Notes: generated by a model not told the origin, from the letters alone. Shown: positions 13,408-26,721, counted from the stretch's first letter. The stretch is 64,000 nt of DNA from Paraspadella gotoi (GCA_051294375.1 CM119267.1:17769780-17833779); one strand, 5' to 3'. Program-made: numbers and translations.

Positions 13408-16400
13408 GCCCCAGCTTCTCTTCTGAATGCTCCAAAATCTCTCAGAAATTCTCTATCCGTCAACACAGTCGATATAATTTATATAACATTCAATTACATA
13501 TTCATCCTACAAAGTACACGTTTTCCTCAACAACAAACAACAAAGTCAATATCATTACAAAAAGGTAGTAACTGTAGCCGCTTCGCTGATCAATTTATTT
13601 CCTACCCTGTATTTTTGCGCCCCCAAAAAACGTGTATTATCCTTCCTTTCCTCACCTTTTACTCACGCTTTTCGTCGATCCTTCTTCCTCTAAAAATGTC
13701 GCGTTGAACCGGAGGAAAGAGTCACGTGATCCGATGCGTCTGCCCGGACGTCCGCTCTGGTGGCGCTGATTAAAAACCGATAAGGAGACCGTCGTTGGAG
13801 TTTGGAGAAAGGTAAGGACGACGACGACGACGACGACTGCATAGTCGACATGAAACGAGACGAGATAACGTTATCTGATGATGATGATGATGATGATATT
13901 GATGATGATGAGTATGATGATAATGATATCGAATGTGAGATGAGGATGAAGATTTATTACGAACGACGGACGATAAGCGACGACGATGATGAGGAAGATG
14001 ATTATGAGAGACGACGACAACAACAACAACACACGATTCCATTTTGGGATTCACGACGACGACGACGACGAAACGAACGACGACAACGAATGTCTTTTGT
14101 GATGGTCGCGTTTACTGATCTATCCTACAATAATCTCATCTTTTCTCTCTCTCCCTTTCTTTCTTTTCTCTCTCTTTTTCTTCTCTCTCTAAGAAAAAGG
14201 GAAGGAAAGAAGTAATAAAAAAAAGGAGGAAACGTAGAAGAAAAGAAGATAAAAAGAGAGGAAAGTAAGAAAGGAGGAAAGAAAGGGAAAAAGAGGAAAT
14301 TTAAGATAAAAAAGAAAGGAAAGGGAGGAAAGGAAAGGAATAAAGGAAGTATTGATACAAGAGGAGGAGAACGAAATCGCGACGAATTCATTTTCTCTCG
14401 CGGATTCGAGTTAGAGACAATCGACGCTAAATGTGGCGGCAGTATTGGCGCAGGATGTCAGTCTGGCGCAAGAGTGACGCAGTCGAGTGGGCAATGGAAT
14501 TGTCGTGCAGTAAGGGAGAGGTGAAACTAACGCAGTCGGGTAAAGAATAAAATTTGATTGTGAAGAAGAAAATTTCGTAATTGCAAACTCGGCATCAAAT
14601 TCCAGAAGCTGTCATATGAATGGTTACAACCCAGAATTAAATTACNNNNNNNNNNNNNNNNNNNNNNNNNNNNNNNNNNNNNNNNNNNNNNNNNNNNNNN
14701 NNNNNNNNNNNNNNNNNNNNNNNNNNNNNNNNNNNNNNNNNNNNNNNNNNNNNNNNNNNNNNNNNNNNNNNNNNNNNNNNNNNNNNNTGACAATACTTTT
14801 TTTGTGGATTTGTAAACTAAATTTATTTTTAATGATGATGCATAAAATGTGTGAAAAGAATTTCAAATCGTCAATATTTCCTGACAGCGACAATAGCGCT
14901 TCGCCAGCGATAACCTCAAAGCAGCTTGATTAAGATATCATTTGTCCTAGCTAGTTTAATTTACTTTACAAATGATAGAAAAATACAATTACCAAAGCAA
15001 AATAAGTAACATAACATTTCTGAAATGCAAACGCGCCTCACGTCATCCTTCATTCTTCATAATCCCTTCCCGGGGTAATTTGCTTTTTTTCCGCGACGTA
15101 AATACATCAACGATCATTGAGACAAATTGTCGAAAGTAATCGAGAAAAAAGCAATTATATTTTCTCGCGCCTCGAGTGAAACTTTCAGTAGTAGAAACTT
15201 GATAAAACGCATTCGATGAAAACCAGATTCCACTTTTTCCCCTTTTCCTAGTTTCTTATTTCCGCCATTTTCTTTTCTTCCACTATTTTTTTTTTAATCC
15301 ATTCGATCGTTGCTTCGAGTTTCTTCTTTTTCTCTGCTTTTCAATTTCTTTTTTTTTTCTACATCCATTCTTTACTATTCCCCCACAACCGCTGCCGCCA
15401 AACTTACCCGCTTACCTCACCTTCGCTCATCGCTCTCTCTCCATTCCAACTTTTTTACGACCTTTCCTTATCGATCTTTCTACGTTTCCCATCTTTTTAT
15501 GCCTCCATATTGCCACCNNNNNNNNNNNNNNNNNNNNNNNNNNNNNNNNNNNNNNNNNNNNNNNNNNNNNNNNNNNNNNNNNNNNNNNNNNNNNNNNNNN
15601 NNNNNNNNNNNNNNNNNNNNNNNNNNNNNNNNNNNNNNNNNNNNNNNNNNNNNNNNNNNNNNNNNNNNNNNNNNNNNNNNNNNNNNNNNNNNNNNNNNNN
15701 NNNNNNNNNNNNNNNNNNNNNNNNNNNNNNNNNNNNNNNNNNNNNNNNNNNNNNNNNNNNNTTTTTTTTTCATCTTCTCCATTCTCCCACGAGGAAAAAA
15801 GGCGAAATGGTAAAATCCTCATCTCTTTATTTTTTTCTCCGATTTTTTTATTTTCACTCGATGTCATTGACTGACAAAAATACCTCATGACGAGATCGAC
15901 CCAATGAAAATTTAGATAATGTATAGTTTTTTATTTAACTTATCTTCATAACCTAACTTTCAACCCAAACTCTCTCTTCCCCACCTTTTCTCTTTCGTTC
16001 TNNNNNNNNNNCCACTCGCCACTCGCTTCTCTTCTGATCTCAAAATCTCTCAGAAATCTCTCTATCCGTCAACACAGTCGGTATAATTTATATACATTAC
16101 ATTACAATACTTACATCTACAAAAGTACACGTTTTTCCTCAACAAAACAGAAAAAACAATATCATTCAAAAACGGTAGTAACCTGTAGCCGCTTGCTGAT
16201 CAATTGTATTTCCATACCCTGTATTTTGGCCCCCCCAAAAAAACGTGGTTACTTCCTTTCCTCACCTTTTACTCACCCTTTTCTCGATCCTTCTTCTCTA
16301 AAATGTCGCGTTGAACCGGAGAAAGAGGTCACGTGATCCGATCGTCTCCCGGCGTCGCTCTGGTGGCCGCTGATTAAAACCGATTAAGGAGACCTCGCTT

Positions 16401-16506
16401 TGGAGTTTGGAGAAAGGATAAGGACGACGACGACGACGACGACCACATCATTGAGGTTCGATCAATGAATGACAGCGATGATGATGTTTATCTGATGATG
16501 ATGATT

Positions 16507-16555
<49 letters not shown>

Positions 16556-17711
16556 CGCCAGAATGATGAGTGCAAGACCGATTCGGGTTTTTAATGATGC
16601 AGACGATAAGGAAAAGGCAGCCCGGTCTAGACCGACAGAACGTGGGCAGTTGCCAGCGGTTATAGGGTCAAAGAGTTGCGAGCTCTTATCCTCTAAACCA
16701 TGGGTTGTGCGTTTAGGATTGTGGCAAAATACACGAAGCAGAACCATGATCATATCATGGCAATGACAGGGCCGTCGCTCTGACAATTCCGGCAGTGACG
16801 CTAAAACTTCCTCTCTCTCTCTCTCTCATGCATCTCTCTCTCTTCTTCTCTCTCATCTCTCCTCTCTCTCTGCTCTTGCCTTTCGGAAACATTTGGCAAA
16901 TCGTTCGCCATACCAGACCACGGCGACCGAGTTGGCTCACCTCTACTATTTATTCCTTTTTCATGCCTCTCACTCTCTCTCGTCTCTCGGTCTCTCCTCT
17001 CTCATCTCATTCTCTCTCCTCTCAAATCGTCTCGTCGTCTATCGTCTCATCTCCTCTCATCGTCTCGCCGACCACTCGCCCTCACCCACTACTTCTCTCT
17101 TCTCTCCGCAAAGTCACACTCGCTGTCGCGCGATCATGAAAGTGAATAAGTGATTTAGCGAAGAAGGGCAAGGCGAGCGTGGAGGTTTTTACGGACAATC
17201 TCCGGAGATCAGTTATTGCAAATCATCATATCTGAAATGCATGATTCCATGATGACTGATCGATCGATGATGATGATGATGATAATCGCCAAGTATTTTT
17301 TTGTGGTTTGTAACTAATTTATTTTAAATCGCATCGATCCGCATAAAATTGGTGAAAAGAATTCGAAATTCGTCAATATTTTCCTGGACAGCGACAATAG
17401 GCTTCGCCTAGCGATCAACCTTCCAAGCAGCTTGGATTAAAGATATCATGTCTAGCTAGTTTTAATTTTACTTTAACAAATGATAGAAAAATACAATTAC
17501 CCAAAGCGAAATAAGTAATCATAACATTTTCTGAAATGCAACGCGCCTCACGTCATCCTTCAATTCTTCATGAATACCTTCCCAGCGGCGTAATTTGTTT
17601 TTTGTTCTTAAAAACATCAAACGATCATTGAACAAATTGTCAAATAGTAATCTGAGAAAAGCAATTATAATTTTCCTCGTCGCCTCGAGTGAAACTTTGC
17701 TCAGTAGTTAA
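13385..17711 (+). repeat. Noisy duplicate: 16012-17711 re-reads about 13385-15190
   Basis: 16012-16443 matches 13385-13836 and about 17290-17710 matches 14790-15190, with dense indels. The second copy is bounded by N gaps on both sides, and its middle section is very degraded. Confidence 0.85.
15880..16001 (+). repeat. About 120-bp segment repeated at 23989-24114
   Basis: atacctcatgacgag...tttagataatgtatag...caacccaaactctctcttcc...tctttcgttct is present at both positions. Confidence 0.9.
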
Positions 17712-18317
17712 NNNNNNNNNNNNNNNNNNNNNNNNNGAAGCAACGTTTGAAAGGGAATATTGATTAGATTTGTGGACATTTTTGAAGTATTTTCGTTTAA
17801 CAAAATTTGGTAATAAAATGTAAAAATTAAATTTTTTGACTAGTCAATTTAAAAATAATTCATAGGTAAACAATGGATGACCAAGGCAAATGAACCAACT
17901 GCAGAGGTCTCAAGAAGATAAGAGTTCTACGCCGAAATCGCAGAGTAATAAAAACTTTTCTTCAATGATCTTGAGTTCAAATATCAAGACAAAAGTCAAA
18001 ATGGACAAAAATGGACCTCAATTTTTTTTATCTAAAAGGTAGCAAATTATATCAATTTCCTGATTAGAAAATGCAGCGATGATTTTATATTACATCCGTA
18101 GTCCAGCCTTCACTTTGTTCCTGAGGGTTTAAATTTAATCAATTCTTCTGTAGATAATATCTCTACGTTCCTCTCTCTCTCAGCTTCAAATATTTGCCAA
18201 AAAAGTGGTTTTTTCATGCTGATATTCCTCGACTAGAAAATTCATTCTCGCCATATCAAAGTTCGTGTTGAGTCAATGTCTTGAACAATAAACGCATGAA
18301 AATGTATGAAAATGTCT

Positions 18318-18429
18318 TCAAATGAAAATGAAAATGAAAAATAAAATGAAAATGAAAATGAAAATGAGAAAATGAAAATGTATGATTAATTTCTCGAAAG
18401 AAAAAAGGAAAAAATGAAAAAATGAAAAT
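18318..18429 (+). repeat. (GAAAAT)n hexamer repeat
   Basis: Directly visible. Confidence 0.9.
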
Positions 18430-19879
18430 GTAATCTCTTCAATAAATCTTAATAACAACAAATTTAAGATTTTAATAAATTCAACTATTTTCCAAATATT
18501 TAAATAAAAGTAAGCTTTTCCTAAAGTAATTTCTCTGGGGAAAACAAATGATTCTATGGTAATGTCCTCTCGAAATATATCTTTCGTTAACATCGTCTGA
18601 ATTCCTTTGGGTCGTCGCGACAAGGGGTGGTGTACGAGGGATGGGTCACTTCTCCAAACCGGGCTAGACCCCAGCTCGGGGGCTTGACTTCGTTTTTCCA
18701 CTTCCAGTTTCTCTACGCTTTGCCGAAAGAATTCCCAACTCCTTCCACGAGCATCGTTTTTCTTATTCAAGTTGTTAATTATTAATCGTGCGTTATTTAA
18801 AAAAATAAAATAATAATGGAGTTAGAGGGGAGTAGGGGAAGCCACTAAAACTAGCAAAGTCATCGTTGGATTCTCTCAACTCTTTGGTTCCAACTTCTCT
18901 AACACACCCGATATTGTTTTTTTACCATCGCGAAACGAATATGTGGTCGAAACCGAGGACGCGTGACTCATGACCAAATTCTAGCTGCTGTACTAAACTT
19001 TTTCCTTAAGTGTTTCAGAGTCAGACAAGAAGATGGACGGCAAGGCTCGGTCTTCAGTTTTAAAAACCTTTACGTTAGATGAGGGGCGTGGCATTATCTG
19101 GGTTTTACTCGGTTCAATTTTGATTCGTATTTATTAATTCTTTTCGACAAGTGGGTCTTTTTAGGCGAAAACGCTTAGGCATTGCTAACGTGGAATATTA
19201 AAAGCTTTTTTATTGAAACTTCTTCACTCACTAAGGATCAAAAATGAAGTTTTTAAAAACCCGTTTGCTTACACTATTGATACGGCAGTTCCGACTATTC
19301 ACGTTTTTTGTTGGCTATCATCCATTGATCAACTTTACTTCTGACTCTCTTACAAGGCATCTAGTGCCAAGTTTTCGGACGACTATTATCCTAGTAGAAA
19401 GCCGAGCATGTCAAGTAGTTACATATTTTCAAATATTAATTAATCATGGAAGTAATTTCTTTAGAATTTGATTTGGGGCAGGTATTGGCAACAGTTTGTA
19501 GATATATAAATAAAATAAATAGGATTTGATCATGATTATGGGTGTCTTTCATACGTTGGATTAACGTTGAATGCTCTGCGTAAGTATCTATAATCAGGAT
19601 AAAGACTAGACAGAACTTTATCCATTAGCATTGCAGGAACAATCAATAAAAAAAATTTAAAATAATTCTTACCTTATAATACCCATTAAACTATTCTAAT
19701 TACTTATTGGTTGGGATAATTAAAATATTTTATATTATTAGACTAAAAATGTAGCTAACTGTACTAAACTTAATGCTTCGTAAAATGATAATGTTTATAC
19801 GTTATATAATTTTTTGTTTAATTTTTCATTGGAGGGTGATATGTGTGACTATTTCGTAAGATTGCGTTTCACTACAATG

Positions 19880-20045
19880 CCCAAAAGACGAAGAAGTTGG
19901 ATCTACAAAGTTGGACTGAAGAAGATGATAATCCTAAATCGTGGTTCGCGAGGGTGAATGAGGGTCATGGATTGGGAGGGACGGACATGAAGACCAGAAG
20001 CATGGGGCAGTCCACTTAGGGCAGCTCAAACCACGGGGGCCACTG
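19880..20045 (+). mobile_element. Possible decayed LTR-retrotransposon gag N-terminal fragment (Gypsy/Gmr1-like)
   Basis: Joining frames gives KKLDLQSWTEEDDNPKSWFARV.RVMDWEG..RPEAW/AVHLGQL, resembling the gag pattern 'F.e.dd..wf.rFEr.....w...eWa..L..lL.G'. It needs two frameshifts and one stop; recognised by eye only. Confidence 0.3.
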
Positions 20046-21521
20046 TTGATACTACCAACTTCGGTCTAAGTATCGAGCTCACGAAGTAATGCATTATCTG
20101 GTACTACTTCCTTATAAACTTGTGCTAGGTTATCCTTATATTAACAGTAGTTGTGCTAATACATTACTGTTTTATGGAGGTGCACAATATAATATGATGA
20201 ATAGTATAATTATCGAGTTACCATGATCACGAGAGGCGCGAAAGTCGAAACGAGTTTACATATAAGAACGCACATTATATCCGGAGGAGGACGCACCAAG
20301 AACGCGCACGCTTACCGATCCGGTAAGCACATTCCGCGTTTCACTCGGAATCCCGCTTCCCTCGGGCTACACAATAGTAGCGTTTTTTTCCCGGTGGGCC
20401 AACTGGGGTTACAAGCATCCAACACGGGGAATACAAAGTGAAAGGTGGAGGATCTACCAACTTGAGGAAAGGTAAAACTTGAATGATGGCGGAATGAAAC
20501 GTATAAGTATAATATCTCTCTCGGTTCCTCTCTGCGCCCAAAACCGTCCAGGTATTAGTGCGATGGACAACCTCTGCAGACTAACCCTTTAGACCTTGCT
20601 CTGTATTATCACTCATGCTGTTTATGCAGTAAATAAGATTTATAAGAAATTTAGAATTTATTTGAATTAACTAACAAGTGAGTCGCATATTACGCAAATA
20701 ATTTATTATACAATAACAGTATACCCCTTCTTATTTGGTCTTGCATCACCATTAACACTACATTAATGATATTTCATTAAATTTCCGAGATTTTATAATT
20801 TACGCATTACAGTAAGCTATATTTATAGTTTATCTTTTCCATCCACTTAGTATTAAAATTATACGATAAAACTCGTCAAAATATGCTTTTCTTAATTTTT
20901 CCTCCCATTGTTTCATCAATGTTAATAATATGTACAAATTTATAATTCTTTTTTAAGAAACTCTTTCATTAAGTGGCGCATCTAAATAAAATATTATAAT
21001 ATTTAATACTCTAATTCGGGGAATCTTTTATGTTTGTACGCGCGGTTTTAAGGCTTTAAGTTTTCTGGTTCTCTGATACTTTTTCTGACCAAACCTTGAA
21101 CTTTTATTCAAATTTATATATACTTTAATTTTATAATTGATATTTACGAATATATAAAAAGCAGATTTTATCACTTTATTTCTTTTTATATATCATTTTT
21201 CAATGAACGAACCCATCAATTCTGTAAAAAAATCCTTACAAAAACTATTTTGACCTATATCTACACCATTTATTGAATTAGTACTATATGAATAGTTACA
21301 TTGGTATAATACACTTGTAATATACTGATGTGTATTATTTGGTGATACTCTCGCTATACCCCCCTATAGGCCCCCCAATACATACTATAAAAAAACCCTT
21401 ATACCCCCCTCCATGCCTGTAAAATTACAAAAAAAAAACTCGTCTCCTTTTTACCAAAATTCAATGTCTCACCTGAATAGTTATGCTGTTCATTAATTGA
21501 TTTTTTTATGAAATTTTTCAG

Positions 21522-23990
21522 CTACTGTACTTTCACTACGCTCTATTCGGCTTCATTGCTCGTGTGAGTAATGCGCTAATATATTGCTCTAAACCCTAGA
21601 TTAAATACAGTAAATAGTTTACTAAACATGCTTTTGAAGTACGCTTCTTTTCAAAATTTATTCTCGAGAGTGGAGACATACATTTCTCAAATTTTAATTA
21701 CTCTCAGTTACAGGAAATTCCATTTTTCAATACACTTAGTTTTATTTAAAGGGATACTTGGTTCTACTCTTTTTTTCTCTTTCTTCTTATTTAGAATTGG
21801 AGCTTCCTATTATGGTTATTCTGGGCCTTTTTCCGAAGGATGTTACACTTCCTATTAACATTTTTAAATAGTATAAGCTTACTCCATTAATAATTTGATA
21901 ATGTATACTTTTGCTCAAACTCCATATCTCTTTCGATACACTCACTTATTTTCATTTTGTCTATCTACTTCTCATCGTTATATGTTCTCGGATTCTTCGC
22001 TCGCACCCGATTTTCTTTTCGTCCTCTCAACCATTCTTCTGACTCGACAATTTCAACGACTGTTTCTCTCAGAGGGCAATCCCGCCTTTGCCACTTCGCC
22101 ACCTTTTACAAATCTGTTTCAAAAGATCACGCTCGTTTTTTTTGTTCGACCCTATTTGATCTCTTTCTTTGTATCGTTTTTGGTATGCTTTATAACGATA
22201 TATTTTAACCTGACAATATCTATTTTTCAATAAACATTTTAGAACGAAGCCTTTTCGACTACTTTCCGGAGTGCGCAGGCGTGCGCTAATCTTCTTCTTC
22301 CTTCCGCTCGGTCAGAATTTCGTCGGTCGACCCGCAATAGTTTGTTATTTTTGCTTTTTTTTTCACTTTCAATTTCATTTCAAGAAGAAAAAGTTTTTTT
22401 TGTTGAAGTTGGGTCTCTTTGCGAACACATATCGTTTATTATTTTTGTATGCAACCCCACTTCCATAATCATATTATTTTATCCGCCTTCAGAGATTCTG
22501 GTATTTTATTTTTGTTCGATAAAAAAATCAATCTGAATAATAAATCCGAAATCCCCAAATCTCTTCGAGTCAATTTTTTTAGGCTTTTTGAATAATTTCG
22601 GAAATTATTGTTCGGTTGGGAACATAAGTGACGAAGATGTTTCGACAGCGTTAGTAAGTAAGCTATTTCTCGCTGTTATATTGCTGACTTAAAAACAAAA
22701 GACAGGTTAAATATAAAATTATCAACTATGACCTAATTCCCTTTCACAGGCCCCTCTTTTACCCAAAACAACGTTTGGGTCCACACGTGCTCTCTTCGAT
22801 TCCTACGTAAGCCGTCCACGAGGACGAGCTTCTCTTCCATCAAGAGGGCGACGTGGTCATACGTGTGTTGGAAACGTGAACCTGGAAGACCCAGGGTGGT
22901 GGAGGGCTGCGTCAATTCAGGAAAAGAAAGCAAATCGGCGTCTTTTTCCGCGACAATTTCGTGCGACATGGTCGAGGTGCGTTCTCTGAAGATTGGTCAT
23001 TTTCTCTGGTGACAATTGCTCGCATTTTTGTTTATTTTACCACATAAATCTTCACTTTACATATCTAATTATCAAGCATCAGTGTTTTAAAAGGAATTAT
23101 CAATAATTTTTTCAAAGGGAGTTGATAATTCCAATGGTAATTCGAGCCAAGAAGAGTCGGTTCCACTTCGCCAAAAAGAATATGTCTCATCGGAACAACC
23201 AACCAGGTTTATCGATGCGTTTAAAGCACTGGCAAAGCGCCAGCCTATATATATTATTTTTTCATCACATTACTTCTTCTATACTCGTAATGATTAAACG
23301 TTCTTTCTAGTCGGCCTTTCCTCACTCTCGCATTCTCCCAACCTTCCGACCTGTTGCGTTGCCACGAGGGCCACAACAAAAGGGGGCACCCCTGACCGGC
23401 CTTAAATGCTTCTCTAAAAGAAATCTTCCTACCTGGAAAGTACGCCATTCCGCCATCCGGCGTCTGAGAAACCATCCGTCGTTCTTGCGTACGCCCTCAG
23501 CGGCACCGAGATACGCTCACTTCTGCCATCTCCCTTTCGACAAAGCCTCGAAAAAAGCTGGGCGATTTTTTTTGGCCCAAACGCGGCGTCGATGAAAAAC
23601 CTCCCTCCTTCCGCCAGTGGCCACCGGCCTCCGTAAACCAATGAGGATAATGTCGCACAAGTTAATTATTAATACTTCTGCCCGTTCAGACTATTACTTA
23701 ATAGCACGTTTGATATAAAAAATTATCTAGAAACAGATTGCTTGTTACACGTACACATTTTTTTTTGTTTCTAGCCTGTTCTTTGAAACCGAACAAGCCT
23801 AGCTCCTCCCATCCCTACAAGAAACAACGATGCCGACAATCGCCGAAGTCGGTGGTAGCGATTTGGTTACAACGCGGAAAACGAGGTCGGCAACACCCCA
23901 TCACCGATGAGCTGCAGGCCGGGGATCCAGCGAGGAACGCTCGAACGATTCAGGAGTCGTTGGAACGTCGCGGCGGGAAGGGCACGATAT
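21522..23990 (+). CDS. Multi-exon gene for a multi-SH3 adaptor protein (at least 3 SH3 domains then a Pro-rich region; CIN85/CD2AP/cindr-like), frameshifted in this assembly
   Basis: SH3 motifs in order, on short exons with AG/GT boundaries: 21522-21563 HYALFGFIAR (ttttcag|...|gtgagt); about 21660-21685 LF..SGDI; 21795-21870 W...GLFPKDV; 22243-22339 RSLFDYFPECAG..SFRS; 22583-22653 (G)LF.NNF.EII (|gtaagt); 22750-22976 a complete SH3. Pro-rich exon-like blocks follow at 23311-23632 and 23775-23990 after ttctag acceptors. Start and stop codons not identified. Confidence 0.65.
22750..22976 (+). CDS. Exon encoding an SH3 domain resembling the third SH3 of CIN85/CD2AP
   Basis: Acceptor ccctttcacag|, donor gag|gtgcgt. 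One frame reads APLLPK...RALFDSY and NLEDPGWWR; a shifted frame reads AVHEDELLFHQEGDVVIRVLE and KQIGVFFRDNFV. Together these give ALFDY...EDELSF.EGD...EDPGWW...GVFPDNFV once single-base insertions are allowed. Confidence 0.8.
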
Positions 23991-24274
23991 ACCTCATGAC
24001 GAGAGATCGAATCCAATGAAAATTTAGATAATGTATAGTTTTTTTATTTTACTTATCTTCATAACTTAACTTTCAACCCAAACTCTCTCTTCCCTACGTT
24101 TTCTCTTTCGTTCTCATCCAATCTTTCCATCTCAGCCCTTACCTCTTTTCCTTATCACCCTCTTCCTTTAACTTACCCCTACTCCCAAGTCCCTACCCAC
24201 TCCCACTTCACGCCAGCTTCGCGGCCACTCAAAACAAACTCCGTCGCAAGACGTCCAAATTTATTTTCGTGCCC

Positions 24275-24322
<48 letters not shown>

Positions 24323-25439
24323 ATGTCGCACCCGCTTTCACCCTCNNNNNNNNNNNNNNNNNNNNNNNNNNNNNNNNNNNNNNNNNNNNNNNNNNNNNNN
24401 NNNNNNNNNNNNNNNNNNNNNNNNNNNNNNNNNNNNNNNNNNNNNNNNNNNNNNNNNNNNNNNNNNNNNNNNNNNNNNNNNNNNNNNNNNNNNNNNNNNN
24501 NNNNNNNNNNNNNNNNNNNNNNNNNNNNNNNNNNNNNNNNNNNNNNNNNNNNNNNNNNNNNNNNNNNNNNNAAAAAAAAACGTTATCTGAACACCGACGC
24601 CATTTTTATCTCTCGCGCTATCGTTTAGCAACACCTTATATCGCCACATAAACTCCCTTTCACCACCGACATTTTCCCCCGCGCAACAATCGATCAAACC
24701 ACCTACCCTCACTACCACACGACTTCACTCACCTACTTCCACCAAATTACCCCGATGCTCCCCACCCATTAAACCACCACAAGCGCCCACTTCACCACCC
24801 AAAACATTCATCTCTATCCTCGTCGTTTCTTCTCCTCCGTCTCCCGGTATTGACGAGCCCACATTTCAGGGTGGCACCGANNNNNNNNNNNNNNNNNNNN
24901 NNNNNNNNNNNNNNNNNNNNNNNNNNNNNNNNNNNNNNNNNNNNNNNNNNNNNNNNNNNNNNNNNNNNNNNNNNNNNNNNNNNNNNNNNNNNNNNNNNNN
25001 NNNNNNNNNNNNNNNNNNNNNNNNNNNNNNNNNNNNNNNNNNNNNNNNNNNNNNNNNNNNNNNNNNNNNNNNNNNNNAACATAAAAAAAGGTAAATTATT
25101 CCTATCGAACTCGTTTTTAAGAATAATTAATAATATGCAAATGAGGTTGAAAGTGAGGCTTGTTAAAACAAACGATCAATAATATTTTTTCAAATATTTA
25201 TTTCGTAAGAGCGAACGCGTACTACCTAGCTCCATTCCATTTCCGCTACCCCATTTTTTATTTTATCTATTTTTCTGTTTCTATTTTTTTTTCTGTTAAA
25301 AATTTCTCTCCCTTTCTAAGTTTCTTTGTGTTTTTCCATTCAATTCCCAGATCCTTAGATTTCACCAGAGGGGTTTCGTATTTCTGATTCTTTCTTTCTT
25401 TTTTTTCGTTTGTTCTCCAGCCTGTCTTCTCTCTCTCTC

Positions 25440-25477
<38 letters not shown>

Positions 25478-25486
25478 AGAGAGAGG

Positions 25487-25517
<31 letters not shown>

Positions 25518-25911
25518 TATCAATTTTTATCCATCCGCTTTTCTCCGGTAAACGAAGATCTTTCGAAAATCAAAAGATCAACAACAAAATATGTCTTAGA
25601 AGAAGTCGGACCGTTGATCCTTCCCGCTCTCCTTCTCCTTCAGACTCTCTTCGCCGATTCCATCTCCACCCCCGACCACCCCCTACCACCCATCNNNNNN
25701 NNNNNNNNNNNNNNNNNNNNNNNNNNNNNNNNNNNNNNNNNNNNNNNNNNNNNNNNNNNNNNNNNNNNNNNNNNNNNNNNNNNNNNNNNNNNNNNNNNNN
25801 NNNNNNNNNNNNNNNNNNNNNNNNNNNNNNNNNNNNNNNNNNNNNNNNNNNNNNNNNCGCCCCCCTTCCTCGACGATTGCCCCAGATATTCGCGCGGGCT
25901 GCGGGGGTTGA

Positions 25912-26305
25912 TTAGGAGGCGAGCGCTGAGTTCATTAAATCCCTCGACATGGCATTTGGAAGAGGAGGCATCTGGCGTCGGCATCTGGCCACCAAATTTA
26001 CATCTGTCGTTGTCTTATTTTTATTTGGTGGTTTTGGAATTGGTCCTTTATTATTTAACGTTTGTTCCGGATCAACCTTTTTGTATTTTGTGCCATTTTT
26101 TGCAGATGTTGAATAAACTTGAATGATCTTCTTTCCTCCCAAAATTTTGGTCGTGGCGACCCTAACATTTCCCGCCATCTGCCGTCTGGCGGATTTGGCT
26201 TTAGAAATCGCTGCGGGTTTTTATATCCTCTGGATTTATTTGTTAGCGATGTTCCTTTGTTTGTTTTGGTCTTTTGAGCGGGGTTTTTCGTCGGAGACGA
26301 AGTGT
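25912..26305 (-). CDS. Candidate coding exon, K/T/P/N-rich, unknown product
   Basis: Non-repetitive ORF (KPAAISKAKSARRQMAGNVRVATTKILGGKKIIQVYS...PIPKPPNKNK...) that extends about 35 codons further upstream with one frameshift. No recognised domain or clear splice sites. Confidence 0.2.
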
Positions 26306-26482
26306 TAAAAACTCAAAAACAGATCACGGATCTAGACTTATATCTCTTTTGAATACTTTTGGAATCGGAACAAAAAATAGATACAAACCCGAATTTCCGT
26401 AAATTTTTATTTTAAAATCAAAAATCCTTTTCCCATGAGACTAGGGCGATAATTTTTTTTTTCTTTTTTTAACCTTCGAATG

Positions 26483-26588
26483 AGAATTTAATTACATTAT
26501 TCTTAGATCCGAACTAAAAAAAAATGTAATCAAGAATTTAATTACATTATTCTTAGATCCGAACTAAAAAAAAATGTAATCAAGAATT
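26483..26588 (+). repeat. Perfect 50-bp tandem duplication
   Basis: agaatttaattacattattcttagatccgaactaaaaaaaaatgtaatca twice (26483, 26533); each unit carries the inverted pair attacatt/aatgtaat. Confidence 0.95.
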
Positions 26589-26667
26589 CTCTAGAAGATG
26601 GGAGTTCCGCCCACCTGATTGCACTATCTTTCTCTCTCTCTCTTTATTCTCTCTTTCTTCTCTCTCT

Positions 26668-26720
<53 letters not shown>

Positions 26721-26721
<1 letters not shown>

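Noticed and set aside
18612-18687. RRDKGWC...TGLDPS as another SH3 half
   Set aside because: No ALYDY/ELSF half upstream and no splice acceptor; likely chance.
21530-21547. tttcactacgctctatt as a second end of the 27-kb MITE
   Set aside because: Short, imperfect match with no partner terminus; better explained as the SH3 exon HYALFGF with strong splice sites.
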